Positions 1-9,707 of a stretch of 64,000 nt of DNA are shown piece by piece (positions within the stretch are counted from its first letter, which is position 1; each line of letters starts with the position of its first letter). The stretch spans positions 128,001 to 192,000 of the forward strand of contig JAOPTT010000013.1 of NCBI GenBank assembly GCA_051531975.1, read 5' to 3'. This DNA is from Spirochaetaceae bacterium (GTDB lineage: Bacteria; Spirochaetota; Spirochaetia; DSM-2461). The notes beneath the pieces were generated by a model. It was not told the DNA's origin. It worked only from the letters and a program-made list of their open reading frames with translations, and made no database searches. Both the position numbers and the translations under genes were made by a program.

Positions 1-139
1 GAGCTTTTATATTTCCTAAAAGAACTAAAAGTTTATCATCACCTTCAGCTGTTGATAAAAAGTCTTCAATTAACTCTTCAGCTTCATTAAATTGGTTTAA
101 TCTGTAATAATCTATTGCATTTTTATATTGTTCTGTCAC
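1..139 (-). CDS. TPR-like protein, 5' part only (runs off window start)
   Basis: Manual translation from GTG at 139: MTEQYKNAIDYYRLNQFNEAEELIEDFLSTAEGDDKLLVLLGNIKA..., with a TPR-like helical pattern; AAGGT SD-like motif upstream; follows the 149..1573 gene. Confidence 0.55.
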   Translation of the reverse strand, partial: MTEQYKNAIDYYRLNQFNEAEELIEDFLSTAEGDDKLLVLLGNIKA

Positions 140-148
140 ATTTTTACC

Positions 149-1573
149 TTATTTTGGCCTATTGTATTTCTCTTGTGAATAGTCACTTTTTAAATCATCT
201 ACATAAGATCTTACTGAAAAGTAATAAATCTTATTAGATTGTAAGTTTTTTATAGTGTATGATGTATTTTTTCCAACATCAATCATTTCTATATAATTAT
301 TACTCTTTAACCCTAAATATATTGTATAACCATCTATATTTGAATGTTTCACAGGATTCCATAATAATTTTATGCCGTTTTTCTCTGGTATTGATGTAAG
401 ACCTAGAGGTCTTGGTGGCTTAGGAATAGTATCCCAATAAATATTTATATTTTCTAAAAGTGGAGATACAGAGTTACTACCATCACCATACATCTCTCCT
501 TTTATCTGAATATAACGTGCTTTTGTTCCACGCTTTAATGTATCTGGTGAGATCCAACTAATATTTGCATTTGTTTTAAGAAATGGAGTATCAGAAATTC
601 TTAATTTATATTTAATTGTTGTCTCTGGCGCTAAAATTTCTTGGAATTGAATATCGTCTATAATTACCTTGGTTCCATTAATGTCTAAAACAGGTGTTGA
701 AAAAGTTCCAAGAGGTTTATATTTTGAAAGTTGTATATTTTCAATGAATTTTTCTGATATTCTAAATTCATCGATAAACCCATTAAATCTTTCACCAATA
801 TAAAGATCCGATTTTGAAAAATTTCCAACAAAAGGTGGGTATACTGTCATATCTTCTTTTTGGGTTTTTGATGTATGTTTTATATCTTCAGGAACTCCAT
901 TTATTAGATATTCTAACATTCCACTATCACTTTTATATCGAATTAAATGATGTGACCATCTTTTAGGAATTAGCCGACTTTTACTTTGTAGTTTTATTGA
1001 GTATTTACTAAAGTCATCTGGGACAAAAAAGTTTGAAAAATCCCATATTGCTTTTCTGTCTTCAAAATAAAATTTAATTTTTTGTGGAATAAACTCATCG
1101 TCTATTTTATTTACTCCCTTCCATGAGAAAATAGTTGTATCTTCAGTAATTAACGTAGGGTAAACCCAAAATTCAATAGTAAAGTCTGATAAAACTCTTC
1201 CGGGACTAAATAGAGAGTCTCCAAGTGATGAAAAAATTATTCCTCTATTTTCCAAAAAATATGAGCTTGCATTCCCAAGTTTCTTTTTTACATTAGTAAT
1301 ATTATGATAGTGGGATTTTATTTTATAGTTACCCATTTCTTCTGTAAAAAGATCACTGTTAAAGTGCACTAAAAAGTCAGTTTCGGGAGTCCTTTCGTAT
1401 TCGTAAGGGCTCATTTCTAAAAATGTTTTACCTCTTTCTCCTTTTACAACTTCTAAGTAATCAAGTGTAAAACCAGTAAAGTTCGTATTATCTCCAATAA
1501 CTGTGGTAGATTCAGAGAATAGAGAAATTGTAAAAAATAGTAAATTTATCAGTAATGTAAGTTTTTTTTTCAT
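149..1573 (-). CDS. Secreted protein with LamG/concanavalin-like domain and C-terminal fibronectin type III domain
   Basis: Signal peptide; DFTIEFW...WSHH...FNGFIDEFRIS LamG motifs; C-terminal PPRPLGL...LLWNP...GYTIY...YYFSVRSY FN3 pattern. Confidence 0.75.
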   Translation of the reverse strand: MKKKLTLLINLLFFTISLFSESTTVIGDNTNFTGFTLDYLEVVKGERGKTFLEMSPYEYERTPETDFLVHFNSDLFTEEMGNYKIKSHYHNITNVKKKLGNASSYFLENRGIIFSSLGDSLFSPGRVLSDFTIEFWVYPTLITEDTTIFSWKGVNKIDDEFIPQKIKFYFEDRKAIWDFSNFFVPDDFSKYSIKLQSKSRLIPKRWSHHLIRYKSDSGMLEYLINGVPEDIKHTSKTQKEDMTVYPPFVGNFSKSDLYIGERFNGFIDEFRISEKFIENIQLSKYKPLGTFSTPVLDINGTKVIIDDIQFQEILAPETTIKYKLRISDTPFLKTNANISWISPDTLKRGTKARYIQIKGEMYGDGSNSVSPLLENINIYWDTIPKPPRPLGLTSIPEKNGIKLLWNPVKHSNIDGYTIYLGLKSNNYIEMIDVGKNTSYTIKNLQSNKIYYFSVRSYVDDLKSDYSQEKYNRPK

Positions 1574-1599
1574 AGCTTCTAAGATATTATCGGAGGTAG

Positions 1600-3396
1600 A
1601 TGAAAAATAATAAAGAAATCATTGAAAAACTAAAAGAATTGGTGAAAGATTTTCCATTATCTCCTGGTGTTTATATAATGCGGGATAATAAAAATGATGT
1701 TATTTATGTTGGGAAAGCCAAAAAACTAGTAAAAAGAGTCATTTCATATTTTAATAGTGGTAGAGATATAAAAACTACTTTATTAATGAAAAATGTCTTT
1801 TCAATTGACTATACAGTTACTGATACTGAATACGAAGCTCTCTTATTAGAAAACAATTTAATAAAAAAATGGAATCCAAAATATAATATAAGCTTAAAAG
1901 ATGGAAAATCTTATGGGGTAATAGCTATAACTAAAGAAGAATTCCCAAGGGTTTTTAAAACCAGAAATATTGCTAATAAAAACAATTTTTATTATGGACC
2001 ATTCCCTGATACTAGAGATATTCAACATTATATGGATCTTTTTAAAAAGCTTTACCCACTAAGAACTTGTAAAGGACGGCTTAAACAAAGAGAAAAGCCG
2101 TGTTTAATGTTCCATATTAAAAAGTGTGATGGACCTTGTATTAAACTAGAGAGCAAAGAAGATTATAACATAAAAATACAATCTATAAAAAAAATTCTTT
2201 CTGGAAATATATCTGAAGTTGTTGCTAATTTAAATAAAGAGATGCAGCAATATTCAGAATCTTTGGAATTCGAAAAAGCAGTCGAAGTTAGAGATTTACT
2301 AATTGCTCTTACTAAATTAAAAGACAAACAAAAAATTGTGGATTTTAGTGGAGATGTTAAAGATTTTATAGGGTTTTATACCAGTGGGGATAAATATGTC
2401 TTTGTAGTTATGAAAATGAGAGAGGGATTCATGGTAGATAAATCTCATTATTATACAACATTTATAGGCAGTGATAGAGAAGCGTTGTTACAATTTGTAA
2501 TTCAGTATTATTCTAAAACTTCGATTTACCCTGAAACAGTTTATTTACAAGATGAGTGTGATACTGAATCCCTGGAAATATTTTTCAAAGAGTTGTCTAC
2601 AAAACGAATATATATTAAGAAACCCGAAAAAGGTAAATATCTAAGTACAATTAATCTTGCAAAAGAAAATGCAAGGATGGAGTTTGAAAAGAGGATAAGA
2701 AGGGATGGTGACTTTGATGGATTGTATGCTTTAAAAAAAGCATTGAATCTAAGTGTATTACCACAGCGAATTGAAGGTTTTGATATCGCACAGCTCGATG
2801 GACATTTTACTGTTTCGTCTCTTGTTTCATTTTTTAATGGTGTACCAGATAAAAAAAATTATAAAAGATTTAAAATGAAGAGTTTAAACGGTCAAATTGA
2901 CGACTTTAAAGCTATTAGTGAAGCTGTTGCTCGTAGGTATACAAGGGTTATCAATGATAACTTAGATAAACCTGATTTGATATTAATTGATGGTGGAAAG
3001 GGTCAAGTTTCGGCAGCACAATCAATATTGGATACATTAGGTTTAGATATTCCATTAGCCGGTATAGCAAAAAAATTCGAATATGTTTATGTTCCAGGTA
3101 ATTCAGACCCAATTATATTAGATGAAGGAAGCCCTGGGTTGAGAGTTTTACAATCAATTAGAGATGAGACACATAGATTTGCTACTGATTATAATAAGTT
3201 ATTAAGAAAGAAAAAATTATCGCTGTCATCACTGGAAAGTGTTCCAGGTATTGGTCCAAAAAGAGCAAAAAAAATGTTACAGACATTTGGTGGATTAGAC
3301 AGTATAAAGAATTCATCACCTAAAGAGATATCAAATAAAGGATCTATTAATATTGATGTTGCAGAGACGATATATGAGTACTTAAATAAAAAATAA
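1600..3396 (+). CDS. uvrC: Excinuclease ABC subunit C
   Basis: GIY-YIG (PGVYIM...IYVGKAK), Cys cluster, RIEGFDI, LILIDGGKGQ, RDETHRFA, HhH PGIGPKR; SD GGAGG. Confidence 0.98.
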   Translation: MKNNKEIIEKLKELVKDFPLSPGVYIMRDNKNDVIYVGKAKKLVKRVISYFNSGRDIKTTLLMKNVFSIDYTVTDTEYEALLLENNLIKKWNPKYNISLKDGKSYGVIAITKEEFPRVFKTRNIANKNNFYYGPFPDTRDIQHYMDLFKKLYPLRTCKGRLKQREKPCLMFHIKKCDGPCIKLESKEDYNIKIQSIKKILSGNISEVVANLNKEMQQYSESLEFEKAVEVRDLLIALTKLKDKQKIVDFSGDVKDFIGFYTSGDKYVFVVMKMREGFMVDKSHYYTTFIGSDREALLQFVIQYYSKTSIYPETVYLQDECDTESLEIFFKELSTKRIYIKKPEKGKYLSTINLAKENARMEFEKRIRRDGDFDGLYALKKALNLSVLPQRIEGFDIAQLDGHFTVSSLVSFFNGVPDKKNYKRFKMKSLNGQIDDFKAISEAVARRYTRVINDNLDKPDLILIDGGKGQVSAAQSILDTLGLDIPLAGIAKKFEYVYVPGNSDPIILDEGSPGLRVLQSIRDETHRFATDYNKLLRKKKLSLSSLESVPGIGPKRAKKMLQTFGGLDSIKNSSPKEISNKGSINIDVAETIYEYLNKK

Positions 3397-3397
3397 C

Positions 3398-4366
3398 TTA
3401 TGAAACTTTAACCACGCATTTATATATTAAAATTTCAATTATAACTTTTTGCATTTCTGTTTTTGCATTCCTTAACATAAAGTCGTGTTCACTTAATATA
3501 AGTATAATTTTTTGTAACTCATTTATTGTGTAGTTACCTAGTGCCGTTTGATAACTCTGTTGGTTCTTTTTTCCTCTTATTCCTTGTTTTAGCATGGCTT
3601 CTTGAAGTTGAACCCTTTGAGAAATCATCGTCTTTAGGTTTAATAAACGTTTAAATTGCCATAAAAGTCCATTTACTATAGCTATTGGTGTATTGTCCGA
3701 AGATAGTGATAGTTTTGTATTTATTTCTAATGTCGCTTCTAAATCTTTTGTACACATTTTCTCAAAAAGAGTAAAAACATTTTCTTCTCTACTATGATAT
3801 AGATAAGTATCAATATCATCTTCTGATATAACTTTCCCTTTATCAAAAAAGAATGACATTTTTTCACATGCAATTTTTAGTTCTTGCGTATTGTTTTCTA
3901 CCATTTCTAAAAGGTGCTCAATTGCATTAGGTGTAATTTTTTGTTCAAAAGATGTGAAATATGAAGAGATCCAGCTTTTTTTCTGATTTTCAAACATTTC
4001 CCAAAAAATTACTTTATTTGATTTAGGTATTACCTTTTCAATTTTTTTATCAATTCCATTGCTTGAAGATCTTAAAATTAATGTATTACCTTTTACTGGC
4101 TTTTTACAAATCTCAATTATAAGTTCTACATCAGCCTTTTTTTTAATATCTTCAGCATTATTGATTATTATAAATTTATGATTTGAAAAAAGAGATCCAT
4201 TTTTCATTAAAGATACAATTTCTGAAACCTTTTTTTCAAAAGGATAAAAGATATGTTTTTCTGGTTGTTCTCCAAGAGTTTTTGTAAGTGATCTCTCTAT
4301 TTTTTCTATTTCAGATTTTTTTTTACCTTCTTCTGGCCCTAAAAATAGATATACGTTATCAATCAT
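3398..4366 (-). CDS. holA: DNA polymerase III delta subunit
   Basis: VYLFLGPEEG N-terminus, SLFS motif, 322 aa, position after lexA. Confidence 0.88.
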   Translation of the reverse strand: MIDNVYLFLGPEEGKKKSEIEKIERSLTKTLGEQPEKHIFYPFEKKVSEIVSLMKNGSLFSNHKFIIINNAEDIKKKADVELIIEICKKPVKGNTLILRSSSNGIDKKIEKVIPKSNKVIFWEMFENQKKSWISSYFTSFEQKITPNAIEHLLEMVENNTQELKIACEKMSFFFDKGKVISEDDIDTYLYHSREENVFTLFEKMCTKDLEATLEINTKLSLSSDNTPIAIVNGLLWQFKRLLNLKTMISQRVQLQEAMLKQGIRGKKNQQSYQTALGNYTINELQKIILILSEHDFMLRNAKTEMQKVIIEILIYKCVVKVS

Positions 4367-4955
4367 AAGTTCTAACTATAGTCACAAGTTTTCCTAGAAT
4401 AGATACATTTTGTGTATAAATTGGTGTGTAATTGTCATTTTCTGCTTTTAGTTGAATTCTATTACTTTCTTTGTAAAACCTTTTTAAAGTAACAGAATCA
4501 TCTATAATTGCTGCTACAATAGTTCCATTATTTACACTGTTTTGCTGTTTGAATACAGCAATGTCCCCGGGAAGAATTCCAGCATTAATCATGCTGTCTC
4601 CTGTAACAGTAAGGGCAAAATGGTCTCCAGTTTTAAGAAGATCTTTAGAAATCGTTATATAGCGTTCAAAGTTTTCTTCTACTAATATTGGCCCACCTGC
4701 AGCAATTTTGCCTAAAACAGGTATGGAAAGAGAATGTTCTTCTTTATCATTTACTATTCCTATTGATCTAGAAGTATTGTTGTTGCAGGTTATGACACTC
4801 TTTTTTTCTAGTGCTTTTATATGATCATATGCACCTTTTACTGAGATATTAAAATGAGTTGCGACTTCTCGAATCGCTGGGGGATATTTATTTTCATTAA
4901 TGAAGTCTTTTAAATAATCCAAAATTTGTGTTTGACGTGCCGTTAAACCTTTCAT
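4359..4955 (-). CDS. lexA: SOS repressor LexA
   Basis: LTARQ...YPPAIREVA winged HTH; Ala-Gly cleavage site IAAG; catalytic Ser (GDSM) and Lys (TLKR). Confidence 0.96.
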   Translation of the reverse strand: MKGLTARQTQILDYLKDFINENKYPPAIREVATHFNISVKGAYDHIKALEKKSVITCNNNTSRSIGIVNDKEEHSLSIPVLGKIAAGGPILVEENFERYITISKDLLKTGDHFALTVTGDSMINAGILPGDIAVFKQQNSVNNGTIVAAIIDDSVTLKRFYKESNRIQLKAENDNYTPIYTQNVSILGKLVTIVRTYD

Positions 4956-6307
4956 TTTTCTATTTCAATCCCATATTTCTTGATTTTATTGTGTAGATTA
5001 CTCGGGTATATACCAAGTAATCCGGCAGCTTTTGTAATGTTACCATTAGATTCTTTTAGTTTACTATATATTAACTTCTTTTCAAACTCATCTTTGGCTT
5101 TAGATAGAGGTAAATTTAAGAATTCCTCCATTATTTTATCCTCTGAGGTAAATTCCGATACAGTATTTATGAAATCTTCCAAATTTATTATATCTGTATC
5201 ATTAATAATACAGATTCTCTCTATGAAGTTTTTAAGTTCTCTGACATTGCCTGGCCAGTTGTGTTTCTCTAATAAATAAAAAGAGTCTTTTGGTATAATT
5301 TTATTACTAGAGTTTTCTTTATTATATTTTTGAAGAAAATGATCTGCTAAAATAGGAATATCACCTTTTCTTTGGTTAAGAGGTGGAATCTCGATTGGAA
5401 TTACTCCTAATCTAAAATATAAATCCTCTCTAAAAGTTCCATTTTTAATTTCTTCTTTTATATTTTTATTTGTAGCACTGATAATTCTAATATCTACATC
5501 GATTATTTTATCACTACCAACTCTATGAAATTTTTGTTCTTGTATTGCTCGTAATACTTTGGCTTGTGCGGTTGGGCTCATATCTGCAATTTCATCTAGA
5601 AATAGAGTTCCTCCATTAGCTGTTTCAAACTTACCTTTTCTGGTCTCAATAGCACCTGTAAAAGCTCCTTTCTCATGTCCAAAAAGCTCCGATTCTATTA
5701 GGTTTTCAGGTATAGCGGCACAATTTACCTCAATGAAAGGTTTGTCCTTTCTAAGACTGTTTTTATAAATCTCATTAGCGATAACTTCTTTTCCTGTACC
5801 ATTGTCTCCTAACAGCATAACTCTAGAATCTGAATTCGATATCTGCTTAATAAGTTCTTTTATAGATCTTATTTTTTCACTCTCACCTATTAAGCTACTC
5901 CCTGCAACAGATGTTTCTTTTATTAAGTTCTTATCTGTGTTTTTTTTATATTTATTTATGGCTTTTTTTGAAAGAGATAAAATTCTATTTAAATCTAGGG
6001 GTTTTTCAATGCAATCAAATGCACCTTCTTTAATAGCTTGAACTGCAATATCCACATTAGCATGACCAGAAATTATGATTACTTCAGGAGAATTTAGTTC
6101 CTGCTTTATTTTTTTTAGCAAGTCCATTCCACTAATTTTAGGTAGCCAAAGATCAAGAAATATTAATGAAATCTCATTGTTTTGTAATATTTCGAATCCT
6201 TCTTCTCCACTTTCTGAGGTATAAGTGGAATATCCTTCATCCTCTAAAATAGAGGCTAAGATTTCTCTAATTGGTTCCTCATCGTCGATTATTAAAACCT
6301 TGTTCAT
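4952..6307 (-). CDS. Sigma-54-dependent response regulator (NtrX/NtrC family: REC-AAA+-Fis HTH)
   Basis: REC (IIDDE, DLWLP), Walker A GDNGTGKE, intact GAFTGA, LFLDEI, WPGNVREL, C-terminal HTH. Confidence 0.93.
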   Translation of the reverse strand: MNKVLIIDDEEPIREILASILEDEGYSTYTSESGEEGFEILQNNEISLIFLDLWLPKISGMDLLKKIKQELNSPEVIIISGHANVDIAVQAIKEGAFDCIEKPLDLNRILSLSKKAINKYKKNTDKNLIKETSVAGSSLIGESEKIRSIKELIKQISNSDSRVMLLGDNGTGKEVIANEIYKNSLRKDKPFIEVNCAAIPENLIESELFGHEKGAFTGAIETRKGKFETANGGTLFLDEIADMSPTAQAKVLRAIQEQKFHRVGSDKIIDVDIRIISATNKNIKEEIKNGTFREDLYFRLGVIPIEIPPLNQRKGDIPILADHFLQKYNKENSSNKIIPKDSFYLLEKHNWPGNVRELKNFIERICIINDTDIINLEDFINTVSEFTSEDKIMEEFLNLPLSKAKDEFEKKLIYSKLKESNGNITKAAGLLGIYPSNLHNKIKKYGIEIEK

Positions 6308-8055
6308 AGTACCTCTTTTGGAAACTCAAAATAAAATGTTGTTCCTATCTCTTCTGCACTTTCAATCCATATTTTACCTTTATGGTCTAATATTATCTTG
6401 TTTACAATTGCAAGACCTAAGCCTGACCCATTGTACTTGGTAGTAAAATATGGTTTAAATAAATTTGGTATTATTTCTTTAGGTATTCCGTGGCCATTAT
6501 CTTTAATACTAATCCTACAAAATTTAATTCCTTTTTTATGAACAGTTTCAGAAGAGTAAATTATTAAACCGTTATCTTCTAAGGCATGTATACTATTAAT
6601 TGTTAAATTTGATATAACTTGGATCATTTGACTCTTATCAATTTCTACTTCAATGTTCTCAACAGCTTGTAGATCAAATTCTATATTTGGGTAAATTCCC
6701 TTATATATATTTAGGCTTTCATTTATTGTGTCTAATATTGATACTCTACTTATTTTTAGATTTGGAAATCGTGCAAAATCTCTAAACTCATTTAAGAGTT
6801 TTTCCATTCTAGTTACTTCATTTATAATTGTCTGCATATATTTTGTTAATATTTTATTTGTATTGTCTACATTATTCTCTTTTAAAAGAACCATCTGAGC
6901 AGATAACTTTATCGGAGTTAAAGGGTTTCGAATCTCATGAGCTAATCGTGTAGCAATATCTTGCCATGTAGATATTTGTTCTGTATGTTTTAACTTCGAT
7001 CTTGATCTTTCAACTTCCTTTATCATGTTATTAAAGGAACTTATTAAAATGTTAAACTCATTTTTTTTCTTTGATAATATTCTATATGAGTAATTTCCAT
7101 GAGCAACTTTCTCAATTGCTTCTTCAATATCAGTTAGAGGTTTAATTATTTCATCAGAAAAAATAAAACATCCTAATATAGCTAATAGAAATAGTGGTAT
7201 TGAAAAGAATGCATAGTATATTAACATTCCAAAAGAGATCTCTTTTCTTTGCGAACTCTGTTTATTAAGTGAGTTTTTTACTGTAGTAAGTAAAGAACCA
7301 TTTTTTGAAAAATCTTTTGGTAGTTTATTTGTAATAATAATAACTATTGGTTCATTGTTAATGTCTATTTTGAATTGATATAGTAGAACCTCTCTATTAT
7401 CTATTAGATATTTGGGATAGAAATAGTTGTCTTTTTTTATTTTTATTAAGTCGTTTAGTGATTTTGTATTACCAATATATTTAATACTATTTCCAGTAAT
7501 ATTAAAAAATTCTACTGAAGATATTAGAGAATTTAAGGAATTCAAATCTTCTATTGAAATTTCATCTTCTATAAATGATTGTTTTAATACTGATAAAAAA
7601 AGGTTACTAGTACTTAATTTTTCTATTTCAATTCGTCTTTTATTTTCTATTTCTAAAGCCATATTAAATGCTACATCTATCGATTTTGTGACTTTCTTAT
7701 TAAGCCAATTATTTGTTGAAGCTTGAATAAAATTCACTGAGATAAATGTTTGTGGGATTATGACTAATGATATTGTTAATATAAAATAATAAATGATATT
7801 TTTCTTAAAATTATTACCAGGTTTAAACTTGCTTTTGAATAATTTATAGAACTGAATAGTAATAAGAATAACTAAAGAGCCTGGAATAACAATTGCAAAA
7901 CTTGATATTACAATTGTTGATAAATCATTAGTATTTTGAAAATCTTTTATAATTGAGTCAGAAAAGAATAAGAATAGACTCATAAGTATTATATCTAATA
8001 TTACAATACTTATAATGGTTGTTTTGGTATTGTTTGAACCTTTTCTGGCTTTCAT
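6304..8055 (-). CDS. Membrane sensor histidine kinase with HAMP domain (NtrY-like)
   Basis: N-terminal TMs, HAMP, H-box LAHEIRNPLTPI, N/G1/F/G2 boxes (DNGHGI, FKPYFTTK, GSGLGL). Confidence 0.92.
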   Translation of the reverse strand: MKARKGSNNTKTTIISIVILDIILMSLFLFFSDSIIKDFQNTNDLSTIVISSFAIVIPGSLVILITIQFYKLFKSKFKPGNNFKKNIIYYFILTISLVIIPQTFISVNFIQASTNNWLNKKVTKSIDVAFNMALEIENKRRIEIEKLSTSNLFLSVLKQSFIEDEISIEDLNSLNSLISSVEFFNITGNSIKYIGNTKSLNDLIKIKKDNYFYPKYLIDNREVLLYQFKIDINNEPIVIIITNKLPKDFSKNGSLLTTVKNSLNKQSSQRKEISFGMLIYYAFFSIPLFLLAILGCFIFSDEIIKPLTDIEEAIEKVAHGNYSYRILSKKKNEFNILISSFNNMIKEVERSRSKLKHTEQISTWQDIATRLAHEIRNPLTPIKLSAQMVLLKENNVDNTNKILTKYMQTIINEVTRMEKLLNEFRDFARFPNLKISRVSILDTINESLNIYKGIYPNIEFDLQAVENIEVEIDKSQMIQVISNLTINSIHALEDNGLIIYSSETVHKKGIKFCRISIKDNGHGIPKEIIPNLFKPYFTTKYNGSGLGLAIVNKIILDHKGKIWIESAEEIGTTFYFEFPKEVL

Positions 8056-8056
8056 C

Positions 8057-8320
8057 TTACTCTTCGAATTTATTGTCTATTAGATTAATTAATGCCTCTA
8101 CTGCTTCTTTTTCATCATCTCCATCTGCAATAACTTTAATTTCAGAATTATAAGTTCCACCTAAAGTTAGTATACATAAGATTGACTTAGCATTTATTTT
8201 TTCAGTACCTTTTTCTATATATACATTTGATTTAAACTTTGATGCTTCTTTTACAATTAGAGTTGCTGGTCGAGCATGTATACCTGCTCTATTTTTTATA
8301 GTTGTAATTTTCTCTATCAT
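8057..8320 (-). CDS. ptsH: Phosphocarrier protein HPr
   Basis: GIHARPA (His15) and NAKS (Ser46) motifs, 87 aa. Confidence 0.95.
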   Translation of the reverse strand: MIEKITTIKNRAGIHARPATLIVKEASKFKSNVYIEKGTEKINAKSILCILTLGGTYNSEIKVIADGDDEKEAVEALINLIDNKFEE

Positions 8321-8326
8321 CTTATC

Positions 8327-9304
8327 TTAATTAAACCTATTATCCATATATTTCGTCCGAACATTTTCATGTTCTAACCACTGTATTATGTTCTTGTTAA
8401 ACTCTCCAGAACTATTATGCCCACTATGCTTAAGCCTCTGATTTAAAGCAGCAGCTTCAATTATCGTAGGAATATTTCTACCTGGTTTAACAGGAATTTC
8501 CAATAAAGGAATATGAACTCCTAAAATTTCATATTTCTCATCTCTACCAATTCTATCATAGCTTTTAGAAGAATTCCACTCTTCTAGTTTAACTACTAAT
8601 TGCACTCTTTTTGTTTTCATTATAGCACGGATTCCAAATAGTTCCTTAATATTAATTATACCTAAACCTCTTATTTCCATATGGTGATTTAAAACTTCTG
8701 TTGAACTTCGCCCCATAAGAACATTTCCGTTACTACATGTTATTTCTACGGAGTCATCAACAATTAGTTTATGGCCTTTTTCTATTAGTGCTAGAGCTGT
8801 TTCACTTTTTCCAACACCACTTGCACCTAATAAAAGAACCCCTAGCCCTGAAACCTCTACAAATACACCATGAATTATTCTTTGAGGGGAAAACATATCA
8901 AGCAAAGCTCTTACTAATCTTGGCATGAAATCAGCTGAGCTTAAAGTTGTTTGCAGTATAGGACAGTTCTGTTTTCTTGCTATCTCTAGAAATGGTTCCG
9001 GAGGAATTATTCCGTGGGTAATAACACAACAGGGAATATTATATGAAAAAAAGTTTTGTATATTTTCAACACTGTTTTCGTTGCATAATTTGTTTATATA
9101 CGCATTTTCACTTTTTCCTAATAATTGAACTCTTTCACCATCAAACTCATCAGTAAAACCGGTAAGAACCAATCCAGGCCTGCTAATATCCGGGGTGACA
9201 ATTTTTCTACCTAATCCACTTCTGCCTGAGAGACATTTTAGGTTGAGTCTGTTTTGATCTTTTAAGTTTAGATCTAATAGATCTAATATTGTAAACTGTT
9301 TCAT
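8327..9304 (-). CDS. hprK: HPr(Ser) kinase/phosphorylase
   Basis: RPGL, HGVFV, Walker A GASGVGKSE, LIVDD, MEIRGLGII, PVKPGRN. Confidence 0.96.
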   Translation of the reverse strand: MKQFTILDLLDLNLKDQNRLNLKCLSGRSGLGRKIVTPDISRPGLVLTGFTDEFDGERVQLLGKSENAYINKLCNENSVENIQNFFSYNIPCCVITHGIIPPEPFLEIARKQNCPILQTTLSSADFMPRLVRALLDMFSPQRIIHGVFVEVSGLGVLLLGASGVGKSETALALIEKGHKLIVDDSVEITCSNGNVLMGRSSTEVLNHHMEIRGLGIINIKELFGIRAIMKTKRVQLVVKLEEWNSSKSYDRIGRDEKYEILGVHIPLLEIPVKPGRNIPTIIEAAALNQRLKHSGHNSSGEFNKNIIQWLEHENVRTKYMDNRFN

Positions 9305-9321
9305 TTCAGTACCTTTATAAA

Positions 9322-9350
9322 GAAAAAAAGGAGAGTAGTTAACTCTCCTT
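9322..9350 (-). terminator. Intrinsic terminator downstream of hpf
   Basis: Minus strand AAGGAGAGT-taact-ACTCTCCTT followed by a T run. Confidence 0.75.
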
Positions 9351-9368
9351 AATACTAATTAAATTATA

Positions 9369-9659
9369 TTAGTGAGTTTGAACTTTGTCTTTTTCTTTTG
9401 TTGCCTTTACTTCAATTTTATCAAAAAGGTCATCAATTCCTTGATATAAATTATCATCATGTAATTCTACATGTGCAGTTTTTCCCCAATTGAAGTGAAT
9501 ATCAGCTTCAATTTTGTAATCTTTAGAATCCTTCACTATTGTAAAATAGAAATGTACAATATGATCTTTTACGTAATCAAGTCGAGATAATTTTTTCTCG
9601 ATATTTTCTCTTAATGTGCTACTTATGCTGTAATGAACTCCTCTAATTTGTACTTCCAT
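9369..9659 (-). CDS. hpf: Ribosome hibernation promoting factor (short HPF/RaiA)
   Basis: MEVQIRGVH...IEKKLSRL...LYQGID pattern; directly downstream of rpoN; SD GGAGG. Confidence 0.88.
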   Translation of the reverse strand: MEVQIRGVHYSISSTLRENIEKKLSRLDYVKDHIVHFYFTIVKDSKDYKIEADIHFNWGKTAHVELHDDNLYQGIDDLFDKIEVKATKEKDKVQTH

Positions 9660-9707
9660 ACAACACCTCCATATATATTTTTTTTATATTAAACTACTTA
9701 TAGTAGT

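Noticed and set aside
1574..1615. LexA box or sigma-28 promoter in the 26-bp gap between uvrC and the LamG/FN3 gene
   Set aside because: No convincing palindrome; minus-strand CCGATAA lacks a correctly spaced TAAA -35
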